Under the pieces are notes generated by a model. That model saw nothing but the letters and a program-made list of their open reading frames with translations, made no database searches and was not told where the DNA came from. From contig NW_027271266.1 in assembly GCF_040938485.1 (NCBI RefSeq), forward strand, positions 434,001 through 498,000: a DNA stretch of 64,000 nucleotides, given 5' to 3'. How positions within the stretch are numbered: position 1 is the stretch's first letter; every line of letters begins with the position of its first letter. Source of the stretch: Diadema antillarum (Eukaryota). A program made the translations under genes and the position numbers. Positions 12,401 to 24,505 of this stretch are shown here, piece by piece.

Positions 12401-13248
12401 TACAGTAGTTCTGTGCACTGTGTCAACTCTACTACACTGTATATCAGGAAATGATTGTAGTGACTCACATGATTTGTGTCTATCATTGTTTTGCTGCAAC
12501 ATAGGCCTGCTGTTTCAAGAGCTCAGTGCTTATAAACTACAATTGTACCAACAGGCTGTGTTTTACACTGCCCAGATGAATAAATGGAATGATTCAAATG
12601 TACTGGCATGCTAGCCATGTAGGGCCACACTGAAAATTAAACCAAACAGTGCGATCCAAGTCATGTTCCAAATCTTCGAGCAACATTTTTCTATCAGAAT
12701 GTGTTGGTGTGGCAGTGTTAGTATGCACACTAGATAAATGTGATTATTCATGCTGCATTTATGTGGCTTGCTGCTGTATGTAGGCAAATACATGGCGGCA
12801 ACCACAACCCAGCGGCCATTTACGCACATTGTTGGTGCAAAATTACATTTATTTGGTAATGCAATCAGAACCAGCATAATCCACATAACCTTAAATTATT
12901 TTGGCAGTGTTATGCAATATCACATTATTGTATTATTCTGGCATGACTCGTATCTTCTATCAAATTTTATAGTATAACACTGCCTAACTGTGTAGTAAAT
13001 TTCTCTGTGGTTTGTGAACTTTACATTGTGATGGGCATGGTTGTGGAAGATTGGTAATTAATGATGTTTGAATCATTTAGTGGCCGTGATATTAACTCAT
13101 CTTATCCTGAAAATCTTCCTGCAGTCTTAGCATATCATGAGTATAACTGAGACAAAGAGAGGTGTGCTATTAAACACAAATTTGAACGAGTGTACTCTTT
13201 CGTGTAAAGTTGAATAACTCTTCTTTTTATGGTTCCTTGTCGAAACAG

Positions 13249-13356
13249 GTCTGTGCTGAATTGAACCACCCTAGACTAGGTCCTGTGAAAGCCTGGTCTG
13301 GCCCACGTGGGAATTGGACTAGCATCACAGCCACTTCAGGAGATATCAAGAAACAG
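13249..13356 (+). CDS. unidentified protein-coding gene, internal exon A
   Basis: Polypyrimidine acceptor ...CCTTGTCGAAACAG|, donor CAG|GTGAGG, 108 nt, phase 0-0. Encodes VCAELNHPRLGPVKAWSGPRGNWTSITATSGDIKKQ. Confidence 0.65.
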
Positions 13357-13481
13357 GTGAGGAATTCATCAAATCAATTTCTATCATCATTTTATTTTAA
13401 TTTTTTTTTTTGTAGCATCTATAAGAAGAACATGGATGTGTTTTGATGATAAATTGTACAAGATACAGCTGTGTGTATTTA

Positions 13482-13685
13482 CCACTGTAAAAGTGGAAAT
13501 TTTTGCATTGTGGAAATTTTTGCGCATTTCGTGCTACCAGGAACTAGTGCAAAAATAAAAGCATATGGATATTTTTGCATGTCATATATTTCACTGATCA
13601 AGGTCTTGATTCCGTGGAATAGAACACGCAAAATTCATGTCATCCTGCCAAGTGTGAAAAATTAATTGCACGAAAAGGTTTTTTT
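13482..13685 (+). mobile_element. decayed MITE related to family A
   Basis: ACTGTAAAAGTGGAAATTTTTGCATTGTGGAAATTTTTGCGCATTTCG...GCAAAAATAAA; same CTGTAAA start and subrepeats. Confidence 0.4.
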
Positions 13686-14829
13686 TTCCATTTCTTTTTG
13701 TATGATGCATGGAGCTTCTAGAAACCACAACAATAAATATCACATTTGCAAAGCATTTCACTTAATATGTAAAAATGGTTGTTCTTTAAAGTTTGTTTGA
13801 GAACAAATGAAGACTGTGCTCATGCCCAGCTCACTGTGAGCAAACTGTTTTACAAAACGTCTATACAATACAGGAAAGTGTTGACCAACTGAGTTTGAAG
13901 AAGTAAAGAGATTTTAAGATGTTTGAATGCAGGCCTTCTGCCTCCCAGTTTCAATAATTGTGTCTGTGTTTTTGAGATCTTGGCAATGGCAGAAGTTTTT
14001 GAGTTTACAACGTCCTTGAAGTTTTCCTGTCGAGAGTCATATACCAGACCATGGACCATCTTGAGAAGCAATTGGCGTTCTAGAGATGGTCTGAAGTGAA
14101 AATTCTCTCCACAGTGAACTTTCAGATCATTTCCATTCAGGGTGAATATGATGTTTGAGTGCATCTACCTGCTCAGACAGAGCTCCACAGTCTACAGGCC
14201 CAAAAGAAAAGTTTTCTGACCCCTGATGTAAACAGGAGAAAATCTTTTAATGATGTGTTGTATGAAGCCTAGTTTTAGAATGACCAAATGTACAATGTAC
14301 GTGTATGTACAATTTTGCAATGTTTACACAGTTATCAAAACTATTACTGGTACTTGCTGCTCTGTACTTTGTACGTTTTTTATACTAAATATTGTTGACT
14401 GTGAGTTTCTATAAAGTTTGCAATGTTGATAGTGATGATGTACTCGCATTTTGGTATACTTTGAAATAATGAATGGGGATCCACAGATTTGCTATTTTTG
14501 TAAAATTGTTGTTGCATTATTTTGGTAGGCATCTCGCATTGTGAATATTGCTGAGTTTCATGATAGATCAAAGGGATGACTCATTGAGAAAACTCTTTGG
14601 TTGAGAAGTGTAATGTGCTGCAACAACCCGAAAACTTTAAGTAACGGTATGGTAGACATTCTAATTTGGCTCCGGAAAGCAAATTATCCTGCTCTCCTGC
14701 TAGACAAGATCCTGTGATGATTTTAGATATGATCTGTTGCTCTTCTTCTGATGTGGCATACATGTATGACAATGGCCTGATTAGAATATAATATCTATCC
14801 TAATACAGCAGTACTTCCAATAAATATCC

Positions 14830-15437
14830 TAATAAAAGGTGGGACCCACCTTGTATTACGATCGCTTTGTTTTGCTTTGTTTTAGAATATCTCAGCCATT
14901 TCAAAACCGATTTTCATCAAGTAAACTTTGAATTCCTCTTGGAATTGTATGCTCTTTCATATTTCATGAAGTGGTTCATGTGGAGGTGTCGTGGCTGAGT
15001 GGATAAGAGCGCTCGTCTGTGAACGACATGAGCGTGGTATGGTTCGTGGGTTCGAGCCCATGCCAAGCCCGACACGTTTGCCCTTCAGCAAGGCACTTTA
15101 TCCACATTGCTGCTCTCCACCCAGGAGTATATATGGGTACCCGGTAGGATGAGAAAGCTTATAATGTTGGTTGATAAGCATGTGCGCGCCTGTAAAAATG
15201 GCTGCGACTGGCTGGAATGCTCCCCAGGGAGTGGAGAATGAGCACTGTTAGTGCTGGTTGGAAATAATGTATCCAGTGACCGGGGTAATAATAGTCTGTA
15301 AAGCGCATTGAAACCCTGAAGTGTGTGAAATGCGCTATATAAAAACCAGCTATTATTATTATTATTAGTGGTTTCTATTTCACAAAAAAGTTAAAAGCCG
15401 AATCCTCCCCTCAACCAATACTATACCATCCCTTTAA
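14830..15437. mobile_element. right half of a family C MITE interrupted by a SINE
   Basis: AAAAGGTGGGACCCACC...ATCTCAGCCATTTCAAAACCG... and terminal ACTATACCATCCCT-TTAA match family C. Confidence 0.7.
14982..15366 (+). mobile_element. tRNA-derived SINE with Deu-type core and (ATT)n tail
   Basis: A box TGGCTGAGTGG (14992-15002), B box GGTTCGAGCCC (15049-15059), core CAAGGCACTTTATCCACATTGCTGCTCTCCACCCAGG...TGGGTACCCGG, (TAT)n tail, flanked by direct repeat AGTGGTT. Confidence 0.85.
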
Positions 15438-15464
15438 AAGTAAATCATCATCTTCACCTTCCAG

Positions 15465-15680
15465 AATGAGAGAGTCTGCGGATTCCTGTGGGACACCAGC
15501 CAAGGGGTGCGGCTCAAGCACTCCTACCAGCTCAAGCTGACGGCCAACAGGACCATCTCTTCCCCCTCATCATCTCATCACGTCCCCTTCCTGGGCCGCT
15601 TTGCCCTGCTCCATGCAGAGCTCAGCGTGCTCTGCGTCTCCTTCGGGAGGAAAAGCCAAGGAAATGGTCTGAATACAGAG
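15465..15680 (+). CDS. unidentified protein-coding gene, internal exon B
   Basis: Acceptor CTTCACCTTCCAG|, donor GAG|GTGAGG, 216 nt, phase 0-0, strong GC3 bias. Encodes NERVCGFLWDTSQGVRLKHSYQLKL...PFLGRFALLHAELSVLCVSFGRKSQGNGLNTE. Confidence 0.8.
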
Positions 15681-16039
15681 GTGAGGCTCCTATCAAAGTC
15701 AAGTTTAATAGGAGATTGCTTTATACCCTATCATACTGCATTGCACATATGTGAACCTCTTTGAACCTCTTCGAAACAGTTCAAGAGATGGGTTGATACC
15801 GGTAATCCTTTGTTTCATTGGCTACACTCTCTACACATCCCCTTAAAAATATATCTTGGCTACTGCTGGGGCATGATTTGATCATCATAATTATGATAGT
15901 AATGTTGTACCTAGCCACTAATGAATGGAGATGGTGCTTCAGGTAGAAAAGTCACACACTTACGATGGCAATTATTTTACACTTTTTATCTCAAAATACT
16001 CCCAAGCAGCTCATTATTCTAGCAATGCCATCAGCCCGA

Positions 16040-16290
16040 CAAGTTTCTCGGTAAAGCCTTTTGGCATATTGCAAGCAAATTCCAAATGATTGAAGATGAA
16101 TTTAGAGCCCATTTGAGAACTGTGTTTTTTGCTTGGATGCAAAGGACTTGCAACACAGTGTCATGCCATCACCAGGAAACTGGAGTGTGTTGATTTCTCA
16201 CCCCAAATCGACGAGTTGTCGTGACCTACTATTGTCTTGATTGCAGAAGGAACACTGGTCCACTGCCAGCAGTGTTTAAGTAGGTCTTGA
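16040..16290 (-). pseudogene. possible decayed RLE-type non-LTR retrotransposon fragment
   Basis: Broken frames give QCSFCNQ... and W*WHDTVLQVL, reminiscent of the CCHC/RHD motif region; several stops and shifts. Confidence 0.25.
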
Positions 16291-16422
16291 ATGCTTGGAG
16301 TTTGATTGAATTTTGAGTTGCCATGGTAATAGCTGCGTTAAAGGACCTATGTAATTCAAATTATGCATGTTGACTTGTGTTAATTTATGATATGGTCAAC
16401 ATTGTTTATGTGGCCAAATGAA

Positions 16423-16633
16423 TACTGTAAAACATGATATATTCGCGGCACGAAATTTTCGCGAATTGGAGCCGACGGCCTTTTTCGTGACAAGAAATTT
16501 TCGCGAATTGCCTCTTGCGTTCAATGCATATAGTGTAGATAAGAAATTTCGCGTGCATTTTAATTTCGCAAATCTTGGCACTCGCGAATTTCGCGAAATT
16601 AAAATGCACGCGAACATTTCTCATTTTACAGTA
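16423..16633 (-). mobile_element. MITE family A (young copy, opposite orientation)
   Basis: Near-identical reverse complement of 2832-3042; the ORF track shows the same peptides. Confidence 0.85.
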
Positions 16634-16722
16634 TCTAAACATTATATGTATTCTATAATAATGTTTATGCTACAAGTGTAATGTACAATTTGTATTTTCT
16701 TTGAACACATTACTTGGATATG

Positions 16723-16759
<37 letters not shown>

Positions 16760-18364
16760 AAAAAAAAAACCTTCAAAACCAAGATTCTGTCATTGATATC
16801 ATATGTCGATCATTGCTAAAGTTCTATTATGATTGACAAAGACATTTTCAGCTTGGAGGTGATGGGGCATCAAGGAAATTCATTAGATAAGCCACAGTGA
16901 TTACTGGTAGTGACTGAAAAATCCTTATGTGTATTACTGTGTCTGTGCAAAGGCGGATAAAATGAAAGCAGCAAATTCAGTGGAGACTGTCATACAGATC
17001 GTAATGTCAGGTCATAGATTCTTCATAGTTTGAAACAATTGCAGAACACATAGTGAAATGTTGTTTTGCATTGATAGCCAGGTTTCTGATATCCTGTTTT
17101 GTTTTGTTGTTCCCCCATTACACGCTGTAATGTGTTTGGGAATGCTGCGTGAGTTTCTGCTGGCATTGAATTCTATGACACTTATTGCAGCTGCTTCATG
17201 TGGCAGAAAGCAATTCTATTTGTCATGTCATAATTAATTGTAGTCTGTGCAGTTACGTGGAGAACAATGTGTACTTGCCATGTGGATAAATAATGTGCAC
17301 ATAATTAAAGTGATCTTAGTGTTACCCCATATAGCAGAGGGATCATCATAATGGCATCATACTGCTTTATTAGGGAAAGATTTTCCAGATGAGTGGGTAC
17401 ATCTATGCTTTACATATGACTCAAACCTTTAAATAGCTGTTAAAGAATCTTTTGATAAAATATGTAAACAGAAGATAGAGTATAGCCCTGCCAAAGGCCA
17501 TGGTGTTACAACAACTTTCTGGGAATATTGGGTCATCAGTCATGTTGACCTTAGTGCTAAAATGGCCTCTGGTCACAAATAGATCTGCCTGTAAATAGTT
17601 AAGATGTTAGACTAGTTTGCCAAGTAAGATTATGACACGTGGTCCAGTCTTTTGAGTGTATTAACCATGAGGCTGGGAACTTCCTATAAGAGCTGCTGCT
17701 GCTACACAGTGACCCATTTCAGAGTCATGTGGGGATATGCACATGACCTCACTTCCCGCCGCACAAGAGAAACAGTGATAAAAAGTTTGATGAACTGTGA
17801 TGGGAACCGGTGCTCAGGGTTCCTAGCACTCCAAACAGAGTGGAGGACTGAAAAAAGGTTTAATGAGAAACAAAAACAAAAGCAAGCTTCATATACACCT
17901 GTATGCTGCTGGCTTGAGACATTATAGTACCTACAACGTATGATTCTATTGAATACTATTGATGCAGGTTTGTAGGGTGTGCAATATGAGCTTGATTGTT
18001 CTGTAAGGTGATATTCAAAGCAGGTGTCCAGTTACCCCACTTCACCATTTATTTCAATCCCCATTTACATGTGGAGTTTGTATGAGTGGATCAGATGCAC
18101 AATTGATGGAAGTGGTTGTCAGTATTAATGATTTGAAATTGTTAGGACATCCCCACTAGTTCAAACATGGAATCATTTTCCATGGTATCACATAGCAATT
18201 TACTCTGCATTTTTGGTGTACTTTACTGTGGAAAATATTTTTCATTGCATGATTTTTCTTTTTTGATTTTTTTTTTTAAATTTTAAAAGTAAAGAATTGA
18301 ACTTGGTGAAGGCATTTTTTTTCTTTTCAATGAAAGCATTTCTTTTTTAATTCTCTTTTTACAG

Positions 18365-18416
18365 GAGGCTCCAGTGTTGGAAGCAGTTGCCCGTACGATT
18401 GATCAGTACTTCCCAG
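18365..18416 (+). CDS. unidentified protein-coding gene, internal exon C
   Basis: Long poly-T acceptor ...TTTTTACAG|, donor CCAG|GTAATA, phase 0-1. Encodes EAPVLEAVARTIDQYFP. Confidence 0.75.
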
Positions 18417-18653
18417 GTAATAAATGGCAAAAAGACAAAGACAAAAACAAAAACAAAACAACAAACAAACAAACAACCCTCACTCAAGCCATTTTACGTG
18501 TCCCCTAAATATCTTGATGTGTTTTGCATTCTTTTGTGATGATGTCATGCGTATGATGCGCTGTATTGTTTTCACGAGCTCACATGAGTCCCCCATAGGA
18601 CCTCCCTTACTTCCTTCCACCCATGAGTAGGAAAGCAGTTTACCAGCTGACAA

Positions 18654-19160
18654 GGGTCATCAGGTGACTGCCTGGATCAATGCAGACTCCCCCCCCCCCC
18701 CTTTTTTTTTTTAAATGATGCTTTCAAACATTTCTTAATGAGAAGGAGATGCAAAAATATATGTGGAAGGAAGTCAATTAATACAATCGTAGCTGGAAGG
18801 TGTTCTTATCCAAAAGCTCTCAAGGGCATTGATTTGTCAACCATCACTCTAATGATTTGGCATGTACATTGTATGTATTGTTTTTATTTGCTTTATTTGT
18901 TTGTTTATTGTTGTATTTTGGTGATTTAGGGTCTCATGCAGGTGACTGCCTAGATTGATGTGGATTAACCTGAATACTTTCAAACATTTGTAACTGAGAA
19001 ATAAGTGCAAAATATCATATGGAGGGAAGAAAGTCATTTAACTGACTGGTGTCATACCAGGAGAACTCAAGTTTATGGATTTGTCAACCCTGTGTTGTAT
19101 TTTTGTTAGTTTTGTTTGTTTGTTGTTTTTTGATCAGTGAGGGTTCCATGCAAGAAGACA
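18654..19160 (+). repeat. old diverged tandem duplication (unit of about 275 bp)
   Basis: CAGGTGACTGCCT.GAT..ATG...CTTTCAAACATTT...TGCAAAA...GAAAGTCA...GATTTGTCAACC recurs at about 18660 and 18940. Confidence 0.6.
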
Positions 19161-20154
19161 ATGTCAGCAATCTACTCCATTTCTGGTCAGACATACATTC
19201 TGAACATTACGTCCATTTGTCTGTGCATTATACCTTTGTAATCCTACATTTACATGCTTTCAGGAAATAGTGAATATTCCCTGTCCTTGAAATCAGGGAA
19301 TGCAAAAAGAATTTTTATCAGCATATGTAGTGAAAACTAGAATGCTATTCTATCAATTGACCACTGTCTGTAATTGAGACCTTATACACACCTGTGTAAT
19401 AAAGCTTGTTCCTCACAAAGTCGTGATGCGCATACATGTAGTACAAAAGCAATGCATACCAACTGTATCTGAAGTATTGAAATGCTTGAAATAGGAATGG
19501 ACAGATTGCCAAGCTTATGAAAAGGTTTACAGAATAAGAAATGTTCGGTGATGTGAATACAGTAGTAAGTTGGTCTATGGACTATGCTTGGAAACATCTT
19601 TCAAGTTGCATTGACCCCTATCATGAAATGGCGTGAATAAGGTGTCATGATTGGCACAATAATTCATGTTAGGTTCCTGTTTGAGTACAATATTGCGCTA
19701 CAACGAATGTACATGAATAAATCATATAGAATACAATGTACATCCTCTGATAGATCTGCGTGATTGCTTAGGGTCAGTGATATCAGTGTCTCTCTAATTA
19801 GGAAGAATTCCCAATTGAGGGATGAAAATTTCGGTCATTTTCAAAAAACAAACAAACATGTTTATTCAAATATACCCAGTGAAGAAGAGAACGCCACTAA
19901 CTGGTACTTCATGATGTAGAGCCGCAAAGTCTCCCTGACTTTGCAGGAGGCTTCCTGAAGACTTGGACATATTTTCATGTCCTATTTGCTCATTGACATT
20001 ATTAAGAAAAAAAAAATCCAAAAAGAAGTATTCTCCCGTTTAACCTTTTCATAAGCTTGGCATTGAGATTATGAAAATGTAAACCAAGTATTCTCTCCGC
20101 AAAGCAGTAGATGACAGGTTTGAGTCCCGTGGTTCCTTTTTTCCGACATGTTTG

Positions 20155-20732
20155 TTAAAGGGAAGGTAAACCCAAAGAACAATGTGGATTGAGTGAAAGC
20201 AGCAATATTAGTAACACACATCAGTGAAAGTTTGAGGAAAATCGGACAATCGATGCAAAAGTTATGAATTTTTAAAGTTTTGGTGTTGGAACTGCTGGAT
20301 GAGGAGACTACTGGAGGTTATGACATGTGAGTGGACAACAATATAAAGAAAATATAAAGGGAATTCCACAAAAATTCATTTTTCATGAAAATTACACATT
20401 CCATCAACTTGATACTGACATATATGTTAAGGGTAGCAATTATTCCCCCCGCTTTCTGAAAGCGGTTAGTCAAGTGCTCTTTCATAATGCTAGAAAAGTG
20501 AATTTTTTTGGAATTTTTTTTTGTGGTATTTTCTCTATATTGTTGTCCACTCATACGTCATAACCTCTTGTACAAGTAGTCTCCTCATCCAGCGGTTCCA
20601 ATACCAAAACTTTAAAAATTCCCAACTTTTGCATCGATTGTCCGATTTTCCTCAAACCTTCACTGATGTGTTCTACTAATATTGCTGCTTTCACACAATC
20701 CACATTGCTCTTTGGGTTTGGGTTCCCTTTGA
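20155..20732. mobile_element. Kolobok-type palindromic MITE (family B relative)
   Basis: TTAA-AGGGAA...TTCCCT-TTGA ends. Arms share GAGGAAAATCGGACAATC...AAAAGTTATGAATTTT with the 6157 element. Confidence 0.8.
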
Positions 20733-21791
20733 ATTACAGATCAGCAGTTGCAATCTTTACATACAAATTTCATTTCTAGAGAGAGACAAATTGAAGAAAA
20801 TTCACACCTCAGCCTTCACCCCTCTGATTGATATTCCCTTGCTACAAGTATTCTCCAATTTGCTATTTGGAATCTCTCTGATTTTCATATATGTAAATGT
20901 TGTAGGCTTGCATAGTGGGAGACTTACAGTATTCAGTTTTCATGAGCCGAGTGCATGTAAAATTCATGATAGCATTTGACTTGTCCATTCATAATTGATT
21001 GATGACATTGCTACCAAGGGGTTTCCTGCCCTACTACCCACATTGTGCATCACTCTCAATACTCCACTTTTCCCACGCATCAGCTGAAGGATGGGGTATC
21101 ATGTTGCAACAAAATGTTTTCCCCACTACAACTGGTGCAGAACCGACAACAAAACACATGAGCGTAGCCAAGCACAACAGCTTTGTTTGGTAGACCTTCA
21201 CATTTGCCTTGGCCTTTCCTATTAAACAGAAATCAAGACCTCTGCTCTTCCAAATGCACACTGCAGGCTTTTTAAAGCTCCTCCTGAAAATATTAGGCAG
21301 TGAAGGAAATATTTGAGGTAGTTGAAAGGTGTGGGGGAGGAAGGAAGGGAACCTGCCATATTTCACACAAGTCATCTGCTGAAAAACACTTCAAATACAT
21401 TTGGATCTTGGTTATCCAGCCAGCACTTTTCTGGATCTCTTTGGCATTATGTGGATATGGACACATGGACAGGCACATTGATTGTCTGTGTATTTTGAAA
21501 CGTGCCAATGTCATAGAAAAATTGTCAGAGTGAATGATAAAGTAACAATGCCCCATGTATATCCGCAACACAACTTGCTTAAGAATCTCATGCTTGAACA
21601 AATCTTCCTTATCCAGCCATGTCACTTATCCGGATGGGTGCTGGTCCCAGTTAAGGTTGGACAGTAGTCTTTCTTCCTTTTTTTTTTGTTATTGTTCCAC
21701 TCAGATCACCTTTTACATGTTCCCCTAATCTGAAATTCATGTAGCCTTTACACAGGGCCAGTAAATAAGGATAAATATCAGACAATATTGG

Positions 21792-22230
21792 TACAGTTGA
21801 ACCTCTCGTATCCGGACAAGTCGGGACCGGGGCTCATCCGGATAAGGGATTTGGCCGGATACAGGAGACTCAATGCTTTATGTACATATACATACACATG
21901 TACTGATGCAGCCCATTGTAGTACCACATGTAGTAATGTGTATATGCAACCTTTTCATTGTTACACTCAGTAACAGACCCCAAAATAGATGTTCGTGTTT
22001 GCAAGAATGAAATCATTTTCTTTTATAAATTCCTGGGATGATTTACCTAAATGAATATTAAGAAATGTATCAAGTATATGTAACTCATGTGCGTTTGTGT
22101 AGGAGTTCTCAAGGAGTTAGGAATCCCCCTTTCCTCCCGTAATTATTTTTAAAAAAATCACGGCGAGATTGCGTCCGTATAATAGAGAGATCCGGATAAA
22201 GGGAGGCTGGATAAGAGAGGTTCAACTGTA
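21792..22230. mobile_element. pogo/Tigger-like Tc1/mariner MITE
   Basis: TA-CAGTTGAACCTCTC ... GAGAGGTTCAACTG-TA with internal ATCCGGATA subrepeats. Confidence 0.85.
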
Positions 22231-22458
22231 TGTGATGTTCAGGAGTTTATTGGCCGTGACCGAGTCAACCACAAACAATAGCGTGCATAACACATGGAAA
22301 CAGATCAGAGTATGGAAAGCCAAGTGAAACAACATAACTAACATATAATCATTAGTGAGGTTGCAGTAGGCTGTTGGTCTAATGCAATGTAGTCTTGTTT
22401 TGATGACCACCCTTTGCAGACAAGGAGTGCATGGCCATTGCCTGTGATGCCTTCCCAG

Positions 22459-22611
22459 ATCAGGATGTCAACGGTCACTCCCCGCTGATGACCGGCGGTT
22501 TCATCCAGGTGTCACCGAGGGGTCAGTTGTCGAATGGGGTCCAGCAAAACGTCCAGCTGGTCTACACCAACAACCTCCTCTTCAGCACCGAACTGCACAA
22601 GAGCTTTCGAG
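22459..22611 (+). CDS. unidentified protein-coding gene, internal exon D
   Basis: Acceptor CTTCCCAG|AT, phase 1-1, strong GC3. Encodes DQDVNGHSPLMTGGFIQVSPRGQLSNGVQQNVQLVYTNNLLFSTELHKSFR. Donor GAG|GTACAC, or an alternative in-phase donor at 22629. Confidence 0.8.
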
Positions 22612-23855
22612 GTACACAAAGAAAATTTGGTAACACTGGCCTCTCACAGAGAGTGATCCCTCATGCATAGATGAAAGTTAGAGCAAGTTGTGTGATTGTA
22701 AAAATGTACTTTTTTTTTTCGTTGAAGTTGTCTCTCCTGCCAGTATGTCATCTTGTAAAGCTCTCAAAGTACATCAGCTGTCTTTCAAATGTGTAGGTAT
22801 TAGAACTATATAAAAGGAGAATTCATAACAAAGATATTCAAGAATTTAACATGATTTCTTATAAACATCTCATAATTAGGTGATGATCCACAAGTGCCAT
22901 ATATAGTTACATGTATACACAGATGATTTGTCCACATTTCAGCAAGTAATTCAAGGAATATTTTCAGTAAGAAATCATGGTGGATGACATACTTGGTGAT
23001 TATTCACTAAATCCTTGTCATCTCCTCAGCTGCAAAGAAGAGTGAAATTCATTCTTTTTGCATAATTTATGAAAAATTATATCATAGTGGACCTGATGAT
23101 CACCACACTGAAAAATAAAGTCATCCTTTTAGAAGGTGCTTTTGTCCATAGACAAACATGAAATATTTATTTGTATTTATAGTTATGTAATATTTTTTGA
23201 AGATTATTACAATGCTTTACTTGACATACACTGTAAAGTCAAGTCAATACAGCATAGCAATTTACAAGAATGGTGAATTTGTCAGAGATATTGTTGTTTT
23301 CCGCTGCCCTTACATTGTATTGAAACAGATGTACTAAACTTTAAATTTCCAGTTAACTTCATGGAGTTTCTCACTTGAATATAGTTTCGCAATGTCTTCT
23401 TGCTACTGTAAAGCAGATGGAAGAATGTGTTAAGGCTTGCAAATAAGAGCTGTGTAAGGTGTGCATTCAGGACTCCAAACCCAGCCTGTTGGTAGTTAGT
23501 TTGAACTAAATATTGACATACGTTTCCCACTGGAGACTCCGCAGCTGCCGTCCTTGACTGATGGTATGTGGTGTACATGTAGGTGGATTAAGTGGGTGGT
23601 GGCTTCGGAAAAAGAAGGCTACCGGTACTTTCACTTGAAAGTGTATCACTCACTACCTACCAGCAAAGAATCTTAATGTGTAGATGAGTATCGGTAGGCA
23701 GCATTATGATGTCAGGTTTATACGCGTAAGGTTTGACAGTACTTGACACATGGGTATTAAACTTGCCTTCCATTCTATGGCTTAGGTAAATTCTCCACAG
23801 TAGGTGTTCACCAGAACTGCTGAATGAATGCTGAATAAATAATGAACGATGAATG

Positions 23856-24111
23856 NNNNNNNNNNNNNNNNNNNNNNNNNNNNNNNNNNNNNNNNNNNNN
23901 NNNNNNNNNNNNNNNNNNNNNNNNNNNNNNNNNNNNNNNNNNNNNNNNNNNNNNNNNNNNNNNNNNNNNNNNNNNNNNNNNNNNNNNNNNNNNNNNNNNN
24001 NNNNNNNNNNNNNNNNNNNNNNNNNNNNNNNNNNNNNNNNNNNNNNNNNNNNNNNNNNNNNNNNNNNNNNNNNNNNNNNNNNNNNNNNNNNNNNNNNNNN
24101 NNNNNNNNNNN
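23856..24111. other. assembly gap (256 N)
   Basis: Run of N; the ORFs called across it are artefacts. Confidence 1.
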
Positions 24112-24386
24112 CTCTAAAGCAAGCTTTAAAAAAAAAATTGATAATTTTTTTTCATTCTCATCATGCCTTTAAACAGCACCATATTTTGAGCTCATGATTC
24201 ATTTAGACTAAATATTATTGTTAAAATGCCCCCCCCCCCATTCTTGCTATTTTATACAATAGCTAATTTTTGGTCTTTCCATCTGTGTTTTATCTTTCTC
24301 TGTCTTTTCTTCTGTCTGCCTATCACTCTCTCTTCTCCCCATCCCTTCTTGACTCCTCCCCTGCGCTCATGACATATCTCCTTCAG

Positions 24387-24505
24387 GATCTTGCGGCGTC
24401 GTCCAGGAGGGCTTGTCGCACCCGCTAATCCCGGCTGGCTGGAGTTGGGGTGGAGTGGTGTCTGATCACTGCTTGTCCTGGGCAGAACTCTTCTTTCAGT
24501 TATGA
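24387..24505 (+). CDS. unidentified gene, probable terminal coding exon E
   Basis: Acceptor ATCTCCTTCAG|GA. The phase-1 frame gives GSCGVVQEGLSHPLIPAGWSWGGVVSDHCLSWAELFFQL-stop in a GC-rich patch. The frame is uncertain because an assembly gap lies upstream. Confidence 0.5.

Noticed and set aside
14982-15060. tRNA gene
   Set aside because: A and B boxes are present, but there is no cloverleaf and it continues into a SINE core and tail.
23842-24197. Three ORFs made mostly of X
   Set aside because: They span the N gap and are artefacts.
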